Source of the DNA: Chitinophagaceae bacterium
GTDB taxonomy: Bacteria; Bacteroidota; Bacteroidia; Chitinophagales; Chitinophagaceae
Length of the DNA: 64,000 bases
Reading direction: 5' to 3'
Assembly (NCBI GenBank): GCA_035318985.1
Contig: DATHDP010000020.1
Span: forward strand, 51 to 64,050
This document shows, in pieces, positions 9,689 to 17,734 of this stretch. Each line of letters opens with the position of its first letter. Positions within the stretch are counted from its first letter, which is position 1. A program made the translations under genes and the position numbers. The notes beneath the pieces were generated by a model. It saw only the letters and a program-made list of their open reading frames with translations, ran no database searches and was not told where the DNA came from.

Positions 9689-11215
9689 ATGTTTAAAACC
9701 TTCCTGGTACTAACGAGTACTCTAATGCTGACTTTGCAGGCTTCCTCTCAAAAAACTGTTTTCTCCTTCCAACCTGTTAGCACTCCTGATCTAAAAAAAA
9801 GCTTTCCTTATCAATCTTATATAGCATCTGATAATAAAACAGGTAAGACATCAATAATTCTTAAAAATTCAACACTGGCTGAATATCTTTTATTAGATAA
9901 CAGTCTTAGAGTAGAGGAAAAATTCCAGGCTCCCGGGGGATTAATGAATACTATTTTTAAGGTTGAGTCTTACAAATACCTTGATGCTAATATTAATAAC
10001 CTTGGAGCCTGCTATTATTTTGGAGTTAAGGATAAAACCTTGAATGGAGGAAATGGTCACATCCGCATGGAAGTGGTTGATTTTAAAAATAAAACAGTTA
10101 GCAATAAAATGATTTTTCGCGTTCCTGACGGGCAGATTACAATTGACTGGTTTACGAGTGAAGGCAATTTTTTCCTGGTGAGTGTAAACGATAAAACAAA
10201 CCAAATTTTCTTTCATGTTGTGGATAATAATGGAAATTATTTTAGTAAAATGATTCTCGCGGATTTTGAGTGGATTAATCAGTATAAAAAAAAGAAGCTT
10301 ACACTTTCGGAATACTTTTCATATAGTTATGTTTTCCGCTCTGATGAAGAAACAGAATTGATCGCTTCGACAGATCTCACAAAATTTTATGTTTATCCGG
10401 GTGAACTTGTGATAGTAGTTGCCAACTATAAAGAGCCTCCTCATATATGGAGATTTGATACCCGCAACTTCACACTTACCTCAAAAATGAGGCTTGATAT
10501 GAATGGCTTTGTGGGATTTGGTGAAAAGGAATATTTTTATGCAAACGCTTCCGTGTATGAGAATAATCTCTATTTATTAAACACCTCTAAGAAAAAAATT
10601 GAGATTGGCATCTTCGAGTTAGCATCCGGAAAGCTTTTGAAAAAACATGAGCTAAATGAATCTTCAACACTATCTCTAGCCGAAACACCTGTCGAAATTA
10701 TTTCGAGGGGAAGGACTTCAAAAAAAAATACAATAAGCAGCAATAAAGAACTTCTTAAAGAACTAAATGCTGGTTCATCTGGAATATCGCTGGCCCAAAA
10801 TAGTCAGGGACAAATGATTCTTACATGTGGTGTTTATGACAAAGAGGAAAGAACTTCTGGCGGTTATTATGCCGGAGGGTTTTCGCAATCCTCCATATCT
10901 ACAGGTGCAACACATGCCGGGTCAAATATACCAGTAACGAGAACGTATTCAAATTTTAATTCAATGTCTAATTATAAAAATGGGAAGGCTTATATGTACA
11001 CCAGGACTGTAAATTTTAAAGTTACAATAGATGCTACAACATTGAATATTATTGAAAGCAAAGAAAAGTTTTCATCAATTGATAAGGTCAATAAGTTATT
11101 AGAAACGATTGATCAAAAAAGTCAGGCAGAGAATTCTTTTAAGAAAGGAGGTAAGTATTATATATGCTATTATAATTCGGATAATATAACTTTTTCAATT
11201 CAGGAAGTTGAATGA
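9689..11215 (+). CDS. Secreted hypothetical protein (no recognisable family)
   Basis: It is a 508-aa ORF with a signal peptide (MFKTFLVLTSTLMLTLQASSQ). It is rich in N/S/T/K and has repeated beta-strand-like segments. I recognised no catalytic motif. Confidence 0.6.
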   Translation: MFKTFLVLTSTLMLTLQASSQKTVFSFQPVSTPDLKKSFPYQSYIASDNKTGKTSIILKNSTLAEYLLLDNSLRVEEKFQAPGGLMNTIFKVESYKYLDANINNLGACYYFGVKDKTLNGGNGHIRMEVVDFKNKTVSNKMIFRVPDGQITIDWFTSEGNFFLVSVNDKTNQIFFHVVDNNGNYFSKMILADFEWINQYKKKKLTLSEYFSYSYVFRSDEETELIASTDLTKFYVYPGELVIVVANYKEPPHIWRFDTRNFTLTSKMRLDMNGFVGFGEKEYFYANASVYENNLYLLNTSKKKIEIGIFELASGKLLKKHELNESSTLSLAETPVEIISRGRTSKKNTISSNKELLKELNAGSSGISLAQNSQGQMILTCGVYDKEERTSGGYYAGGFSQSSISTGATHAGSNIPVTRTYSNFNSMSNYKNGKAYMYTRTVNFKVTIDATTLNIIESKEKFSSIDKVNKLLETIDQKSQAENSFKKGGKYYICYYNSDNITFSIQEVE

Positions 11216-11363
11216 TAAAGAAGGCATTGATTTGAAAATCCTTTTTCACGCTGTTGTTGAATAGAAATCCAGAACGTACAAGTGAGTGACACAACGAAAG
11301 CTTAATAGTAGCAATCAAGCCTACTCAATAAAATCTCAAATTTTAAATTTAAAATCTGCAATC

Positions 11364-13271
11364 TCAATAATGCCATCTCACAAATGCTTCCATTGCCGCA
11401 TAATGTGTAAGGCCAAGATCAGCGTAAAGATTTGCAGTGCCTTCGTTTCTTGCTTCGGCACGTTGCCAGAATTCTCTTGAATCACTTCCCTGGAACGGCA
11501 CCATATCTTTTTGTGATTGATGTATAAAGATGCCAAAGCGTTTTTTCATTACCTGGTCAGGGCTCATTGGGATGGCCATTTCAATTTCTTCAATGTTCCA
11601 TTCCTGCCATGCGCCTTTGTATAACCAAAGCCAGCAATCGTTGAGCCATGCATCACCGGCAGTTTTAATTCTTTTGAGCGATTCAAGTACTACATTGAAA
11701 CAAACGATATGCGTACCATGCGGATCAGCAAAATCACCGGCGCAATAAACCTGCTGTGGTTTTATTTCCCTCAACAATTCCATCGTGATCTTTACATCTT
11801 TTTCACTCATCGGTTTTTTCTCAATGGAACCGGTTTCATAAAAAGGAAGATTTTGAAAATGTATGTTCTCATCTTTGATGCCGACATAACGACAAGTTGC
11901 TTTTGCTTCGCATCTTCTTATCAAACCTTTGATGGCACGAATAGCTGGTGTATCCGTTTGATTGGCTTTTTTCCGTGCAATAAATTTCCTGGCATCTTCT
12001 AATATCTTTCCTGAAGTCTTTGTATCGATACCTGCGATCTCTTCAAAGCCAACAGCGAAATCAAGGAACCTTGTAACGAACTCATCAGTGACCGCAATGT
12101 TGCCGGAAGTTTGATAGGCCACATGTACATCATGGCCCTGGTCATGCAATCGCTGAAAGGTGCCGCCCATGCTGATGATATCATCATCAGGGTGAGGAGA
12201 GAAGATGACAATACGTTTTGGATAAGGTTCACTGCGTTCAGGGTGTGTAGGTAAATTCACATTTGGTTTACCACCGGGCCAGCCTGTGATCGAATCACGT
12301 AGCATATAATAAACCTTTAGATTTATTTCATATGCATCGCCTTCTTCAACCAGCAGATCACTTAATCCATATTCGTTGTAATCAGTATTAGTTAAGCTTA
12401 AAACTGGTTTTTTCAATTTCAGGGCCATGTTCACCACTGCTTTCTTGATCATCTTTGGTGTCCAATCGCAGTCGCCGGTAAGCCATGGTGATTTGAACCT
12501 TGTAAGTTCAGCGGCGGCCGCTTCATCAACAACAAAAGTTACGTCATCATGATTTTGCAATAACGAGGCAGGCACATGATCTGTATGATCTTCTTCTACC
12601 GCTTCCTTTATTACGGGAGCTTTTGAGGGTCCCCAAGCCATCAGGATTATCTTTTTTGCTTTCAGTATTTCACCGATGCCCATAGTGATAGCGAGACGGG
12701 GAACTTCGGAAATATTGGCAAACTCATATGCATTTGCAATTCGTGTTGAGTTATCAAGACTGATCAGTCTTGTTTTAGAATGAATGCTGGAACCAGGTTC
12801 ATTAAAACCGATATGACCATTAATTCCAATGCCAAGGATCTGCAGATCTATACCACCGGCATCTTCTACCATTTTTTCATATTGCCTGCAATGTTCTTTG
12901 ATGTCTTCTTTTTTTATCTCGCCATTTGGGATATGAGTATTCTTTGGATCAATGTCAATGTGATTGAAAAGATTCACCTTCATAAAACGCTGATAACTTT
13001 GCAGCGCATCATTGCTGATAGGATAGTATTGGTCAAGATTAAAAGCGATGACGTTTTTAAAGCTCAGCTTTTCTTCTTTATGCATTCTTACCAGCTCAGC
13101 ATATAAAGTTTTAGGAGTAGATCCTGTGGCAAGACCCAGCACACATTTTTCTTTTTTCTTTTGTTTCTCACGAATAAAATCGGCTATCTGTTTTGCAACT
13201 GCTTTAGATCCGGACTTAAGATCTGGATAAATTTTTACGGAGATCTTTTCAAATGAATCAACCATTGTCAT
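11364..13271 (-). CDS. nagB: Long-form glucosamine-6-phosphate deaminase: NagB domain fused to a LmbE/PIG-L-type deacetylase-like domain
   Basis: The N-terminal ~260 aa carry NagB motifs (LGLATGSTP, LGIGINGHIGFNEPGS). The C-terminal half has the LmbE signature SPHPDDDIISMGGT and a later DPHGTH. Confidence 0.85.
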   Translation of the reverse strand: MTMVDSFEKISVKIYPDLKSGSKAVAKQIADFIREKQKKKEKCVLGLATGSTPKTLYAELVRMHKEEKLSFKNVIAFNLDQYYPISNDALQSYQRFMKVNLFNHIDIDPKNTHIPNGEIKKEDIKEHCRQYEKMVEDAGGIDLQILGIGINGHIGFNEPGSSIHSKTRLISLDNSTRIANAYEFANISEVPRLAITMGIGEILKAKKIILMAWGPSKAPVIKEAVEEDHTDHVPASLLQNHDDVTFVVDEAAAAELTRFKSPWLTGDCDWTPKMIKKAVVNMALKLKKPVLSLTNTDYNEYGLSDLLVEEGDAYEINLKVYYMLRDSITGWPGGKPNVNLPTHPERSEPYPKRIVIFSPHPDDDIISMGGTFQRLHDQGHDVHVAYQTSGNIAVTDEFVTRFLDFAVGFEEIAGIDTKTSGKILEDARKFIARKKANQTDTPAIRAIKGLIRRCEAKATCRYVGIKDENIHFQNLPFYETGSIEKKPMSEKDVKITMELLREIKPQQVYCAGDFADPHGTHIVCFNVVLESLKRIKTAGDAWLNDCWLWLYKGAWQEWNIEEIEMAIPMSPDQVMKKRFGIFIHQSQKDMVPFQGSDSREFWQRAEARNEGTANLYADLGLTHYAAMEAFVRWHY

Positions 13272-13305
13272 GTTGGCAAGGGGTTTTAGCGAAAATAAAG
13301 AATAA

Positions 13306-13465
13306 AACCCAACCCCTGTCCCCTAAAGGGGGACTTAGATTGAATTGTTCTTCGGATCATCAACAGTATCGTTCTCGTATTGTAATAATAGAAACGTTCA
13401 ATCCTCAATGTTCAATTCTAAACTGTTTGAGACTTCAAAAGCCCCCTTTAGGGGGTTGGGGGTTT
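13306..13465. repeat. 160-bp MITE-like unit bounded by imperfect inverted GC-rich hairpin modules
   Basis: The left end is AAACCCAACCCCTGTCCCCTAAAGGGGGACTTAG (13306-13338). The right end is GACTTCAAAAGCCCCCTTTAGGGGGTTGGGGGTTT (13431-13465). The two ends are reverse complements of each other apart from a 5-nt indel. The right end overlaps the GH20 stop codon. Confidence 0.5.
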
Positions 13466-15824
13466 AGTTAATTTCTATCTCATCAACAAATAACCATGCT
13501 TTACTTCCTTCGCCAGGATTGCCAGATGGAATATCGCCCCAATTCTTTACAACAACTTTTACATAACGACTATTCTTTTCAGCGAATTCAACTTTCATAG
13601 CCCCTGTTTCAAGCCCCTTGGTTTTAATTTTGAAATCATCAGTAAGCCCGACAGAAGTAAAATCAGTTCCATTTGAAGAAATAAAAACTTCTACAGTTAA
13701 TGGCTGATATATCCAGCTTCCGGTTTCTCTTAAGCAATGTACAATGACATTGGAAATCTTTTCTTCTTTGCCAAGATCAATGACTGCTTCGCAATCTGTG
13801 CCGGAGAAGCCAAGAAATTGTTTGCTTTTTGAAAGCCCGTTTTCATTTTGAATGCCGTTCACCAATGTAAATGCGCCATCGCCTTTATAGGTTGGGGAAG
13901 GTTGTGTAGTGAGTGTAATTTTCTTACCGGTTGCTTTATTAAATAGTATGTTTTGTGAGATGGGGTTACTTATTGCTTTTCCATCCACCATGGATATAGC
14001 TGCAAGTAATTGTGTTGTTTTAATAGAGATCGGTGCCGTATAAGTAACTCCTTCGTTAAATCTTAATTCATAAGACCGGCCAGCAAAATGTGAAACGGTT
14101 TTGATCTGTGCTGATGGATTTTTCGTTTCCAATTTCCATAATACACCATCAAAATTTTCAGTGGGAATTACAGTTGCTTTAAGATCATAGTATGCTCTGC
14201 TATAATTTGCTTTCCAAAGATCATAGCGTTTGAATTGCACTTGTAATCTTTTTTCAAAATTATCCCAGTTCTTCTTTTCGTTCTGGCTCCAAAGAACTTC
14301 GCTTACTGCACTAAGGCGGGGAAAGATCATATATTCTACTTTGCGTGGATTGTTCATGTATTCACTCCACACATTTGCCTGGGCTCCCATTATATATTTT
14401 GCTTGTTCTTCATTTAATTCTTTCGGAACAGGATCATAACTGTAAACTTTTTCAACCGGAAGATTGCCACCAATAACCACACTGTCTTCATTTTCGCTTT
14501 GCGAATAATCCAAATAAACATAAGTTGTCGGTGTCATGATCACTTGATGTTTTTGTTTAGCAGCTTCAATGCCGCCAGCTTCGCCGCGCCAGCTCATTAC
14601 CACTGCATTTGGTGCAAGTCCGCCTTCAAGTATTTCATCCCAACCGATCAATGTTTTTCCTTTGCTGTTGATATATTTTTCCATGCGTTGTACAAAATAG
14701 CTTTGTAACTCATGCTCATCTTTCAGGTTGTTATCCTTAATTATTTTCTGACAATTAGGGCAGCGTTTCCAATTTGATTTTGGACATTCATCTGCACCGA
14801 CATGAATATATTTTGCAGGGAATAGCTGAACCACTTCATCGATCACATCCTGTAAAAATTTAAATGTTTCTTCTTTGCCTGCACAAAAAACATCACTGTA
14901 TACGCCCCATGCCTGCTGCACTTGTTTACCGGTTGAATCACCTGCCCATTTTCCATTTTTAGGAAAATAATTTTTAGTAGGTTCATCTGGAAAACAACTT
15001 AAAGAAGGATAAGCTGCAATAGCAGCGCTGCCATGCCCCGGCATTTCTATTTCAGGAATAACGGTGATATAACGATCAGATGCATATTTTACGATCTCTT
15101 TTATTTGATCTTGTGTATAATAACCACCGGCTTTTTTATTGTCATTTCCCATACCAGGATGACGGCCAATGATCGTTCCATTTCTCCATGCACCAACTTC
15201 AGTAAGTCGAGGATATTTTTTTATTTCAATACGCCAGCCCTGGTCTTCTGTTAAATGCCAATGGAAATAATTCATTTTATGAAAAGCGAGATAGTCAATA
15301 TATTTTTTGATAAAATCTACTGCCATAAAATTGCGGCCACAATCGAGATGCATGCCCCGATAACCAAAACGAGGATAATCTTTGATCGTTACATAAGGAA
15401 ATTCGACCTGGTTATTTGAGACGTGAGGAGGTAACATCTGAATCAAGGTTTGCACTCCATAAAAAATACCTTCTTCATCTCCAGAAATAGATAAACGTTT
15501 ATCTACTTTAAGTTCATATTCGCCTTTTCTGCTGGTAACGCTTGTCTTGAGTGTGATATAATATGCGTCACGACCTGATCCCGCAGAGGGGGTCAATTTG
15601 CTGGTTACTTTATAAAATCGTTTTAAATAGTCAGCTAAAAATTCTGCAGACCTTTTTGCAGGTTCATCATACACTATTTGTAAAGGAGTTTTAAAACTAT
15701 GCGTTCCTTTTCCGTAATTCATTTCAGCAGGCTGAGGAATAATATTTAACTGTGAATAAAGAGCTTGGCTAAATAGTACGCAAAGCGTTAATACAATTGT
15801 TCTCATCAATAATAGTTTTTGCAA
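13464..15824 (-). CDS. GH20 beta-N-acetylhexosaminidase with C-terminal F5/8-type-C (discoidin)-like domain
   Basis: GH20 catalytic blocks are present: FHWHLTEDQGWRIEIKKYP, MPGH, IHVGADECP. The listed start is TTG. The ATG at 15806 (MRTIVLTLCVLFSQALYSQ signal peptide) is the more likely start. Confidence 0.92.
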   Translation of the reverse strand: MQKLLLMRTIVLTLCVLFSQALYSQLNIIPQPAEMNYGKGTHSFKTPLQIVYDEPAKRSAEFLADYLKRFYKVTSKLTPSAGSGRDAYYITLKTSVTSRKGEYELKVDKRLSISGDEEGIFYGVQTLIQMLPPHVSNNQVEFPYVTIKDYPRFGYRGMHLDCGRNFMAVDFIKKYIDYLAFHKMNYFHWHLTEDQGWRIEIKKYPRLTEVGAWRNGTIIGRHPGMGNDNKKAGGYYTQDQIKEIVKYASDRYITVIPEIEMPGHGSAAIAAYPSLSCFPDEPTKNYFPKNGKWAGDSTGKQVQQAWGVYSDVFCAGKEETFKFLQDVIDEVVQLFPAKYIHVGADECPKSNWKRCPNCQKIIKDNNLKDEHELQSYFVQRMEKYINSKGKTLIGWDEILEGGLAPNAVVMSWRGEAGGIEAAKQKHQVIMTPTTYVYLDYSQSENEDSVVIGGNLPVEKVYSYDPVPKELNEEQAKYIMGAQANVWSEYMNNPRKVEYMIFPRLSAVSEVLWSQNEKKNWDNFEKRLQVQFKRYDLWKANYSRAYYDLKATVIPTENFDGVLWKLETKNPSAQIKTVSHFAGRSYELRFNEGVTYTAPISIKTTQLLAAISMVDGKAISNPISQNILFNKATGKKITLTTQPSPTYKGDGAFTLVNGIQNENGLSKSKQFLGFSGTDCEAVIDLGKEEKISNVIVHCLRETGSWIYQPLTVEVFISSNGTDFTSVGLTDDFKIKTKGLETGAMKVEFAEKNSRYVKVVVKNWGDIPSGNPGEGSKAWLFVDEIEIN

Positions 15825-15833
15825 TGATACAAA

Positions 15834-15856
15834 AAGTCCCGCCCCTAGGCGGAACG
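15834..15856. repeat. GC-rich hairpin module (AAGTCC-CCGCC/GGCGG-AAC) between the peptidase stop and the GH20 start
   Basis: CCGCC (15839-15843) pairs with GGCGG (15848-15852). The flanks resemble the CTAAGTC...GAC family. Confidence 0.4.
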
Positions 15857-15875
15857 ATAATTTTACGCAAACGTT

Positions 15876-17732
15876 TTACTTCATCACTGGTAGTATAATA
15901 TTGCTGCTATTGCTTGCGTCATGGTAGATCCTTATGATTGCTTTCTGGTAATCAGTTTCCTTTGCTTCCGGGATTCGTACAAATTTTTGCGGGTTACGGT
16001 CTATCAATGGGAACCAACTGCTTTGAACCTGGATCATGACCCTGTGCCCCTTTTTAAATGTATGCAATGCATCATTCAATCTAAATTTTACTTCGGCAAT
16101 TTTACCGGGTACAAATGGTATCGGTTTAGAAAGGTCATTCCTGAATTTTCCCCGCATTACTTCTGCTCTTACTAATCTCTGCATACCTGCCATAGTTTTA
16201 CCCGGTTGGTTGTTGATGTCTTTTTCATATTCTGGTAATACATCAATTAGTTTAACAATAAAATCTGCATCAGTACCTGTAATGCTGACAAAAAGATCTG
16301 CAACGATAGATCCTGCAATTGTCATATCTTCTGTAAGTGTATCACTCTGGAAGACGAGAACATCTGGCCTTGTTGCTGCGAAACGCTGATCCTCTATCAT
16401 GTATTCATTATTCCGGTCGCTATAGACGCCATTTGTATAAGGTACAGGTTTGGCAGGATCACTAATGTATTCAGAAAAACTTTTTGCCGCTATAGGTTTA
16501 TCATGTAAAAGTTTATTGTTTGATCCCAAATAAAAATTCGTTGCTTTTGTGTTAACAGGAGGCCATTGATCAAAATGTCTCCATTGATTGGTGCCTGTTT
16601 CAAACATTGTAGCTTCTGAGGCACTGAAATTTCCTTTGTCCTTGAGATAATATTTGAAGAATGCAGCTTCGATCGAATCCTGGAAATATTGATTGACGTT
16701 AGCTCCAAATTGATGGGTTCCGAATTCTTTCCATTCTGCTGCACCCCACGCACCGTGTGTCCATGGCCCCATTACCAAAAAATTTTTATTAGATGGGCTT
16801 TGCTTTTCTATTGCTCCATACGTATTCAAAGCACCAAAAAGATCTTCGGCATCAAACCATCCACCAACTACCAATGTAGGAATGGTAATATTTTTTAAAT
16901 GCTGACGTATGTTGCGTGAACGCCAATAATCATCGTATGTATCATGTGCAAGGTATTCCTGCCAGTATTTTCCTTTTCCATTAAAATATTTTGAACCATT
17001 GCTTTCTTTGATCGTCTTCATGTCAAGAAAAAACTTATAGGCGTCTGAATAATTAGTAGGAGAGAACAACGGCCATTTATAGCCAATGACCGTACCACCA
17101 GGTCTTGGCCGGTCATAGCCTTCCATGAAGCTAAAATTATCCAACAGAAAAAAAGCCCCGTTATGGTTTGCATCATCACCGGCGAACTCGTCTGTTACCG
17201 GTGCTTGCGGGCTAACTGCTTTGATAGCAGGATGTGCACCTGGTAAACTTGCGGTAGCATAAAAACCCGGATAAGAAATTCCCCAAAGACCAACTCTGCC
17301 ATTATGATTTTTCAGGAATTTAAGTAACCATTCGATCGTGTCATATGTGTCGCTGCTTTCATCCACATCTTTATTCGATTTTTTATCGGGAATGTAAGGA
17401 GTCACTTCTTCATTAATGCCTTCGCTCATATGCCGTCCCCGTACATCTTGTTTGACATAGATATATTTTTCTTCCATCATTTTACCGGGCATAATGCCGG
17501 GAGGATAGTTGGAAGACCCATATGGCCATACGCTATATGGAGTACGTTGCATCAGGATGGGATATCGTTGCGACGAATCCTTGGGGACATAAATGATGGT
17601 ATATAGTTTGATCCCATCACGCATAGTGATCGTCGTATCGATCTTAGTATAGTTTTCTTTTACGTAGTTTTCATTTTGTGCAAATGAAACGGTAGTATAA
17701 AAAATAAAAAGGCAAAACAAATAACGCTTCAT
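15876..17732 (-). CDS. CocE/NonD-family (peptidase S15, Xaa-Pro dipeptidyl-peptidase-like) serine hydrolase, secreted
   Basis: It has a signal peptide and the nucleophile elbow GLWGISYPGFY. The C-terminal beta-sandwich block is MRGKFRN...HTFKKGHRVMIQVQSSWFPLIDRNPQKF. Confidence 0.85.
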   Translation of the reverse strand: MKRYLFCLFIFYTTVSFAQNENYVKENYTKIDTTITMRDGIKLYTIIYVPKDSSQRYPILMQRTPYSVWPYGSSNYPPGIMPGKMMEEKYIYVKQDVRGRHMSEGINEEVTPYIPDKKSNKDVDESSDTYDTIEWLLKFLKNHNGRVGLWGISYPGFYATASLPGAHPAIKAVSPQAPVTDEFAGDDANHNGAFFLLDNFSFMEGYDRPRPGGTVIGYKWPLFSPTNYSDAYKFFLDMKTIKESNGSKYFNGKGKYWQEYLAHDTYDDYWRSRNIRQHLKNITIPTLVVGGWFDAEDLFGALNTYGAIEKQSPSNKNFLVMGPWTHGAWGAAEWKEFGTHQFGANVNQYFQDSIEAAFFKYYLKDKGNFSASEATMFETGTNQWRHFDQWPPVNTKATNFYLGSNNKLLHDKPIAAKSFSEYISDPAKPVPYTNGVYSDRNNEYMIEDQRFAATRPDVLVFQSDTLTEDMTIAGSIVADLFVSITGTDADFIVKLIDVLPEYEKDINNQPGKTMAGMQRLVRAEVMRGKFRNDLSKPIPFVPGKIAEVKFRLNDALHTFKKGHRVMIQVQSSWFPLIDRNPQKFVRIPEAKETDYQKAIIRIYHDASNSSNIILPVMK

Positions 17733-17734
17733 AT

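Noticed and set aside
13253-13471. A 72-aa plus-strand ORF spanning the GH20-nagB spacer.
   Set aside because: It reads straight through the two GC-rich hairpin modules (…PLSPKGGL…, …PPLGGWGF). It has no start context and sits in a 192-bp spacer between two minus-strand genes. It is a by-product of the repeat element.
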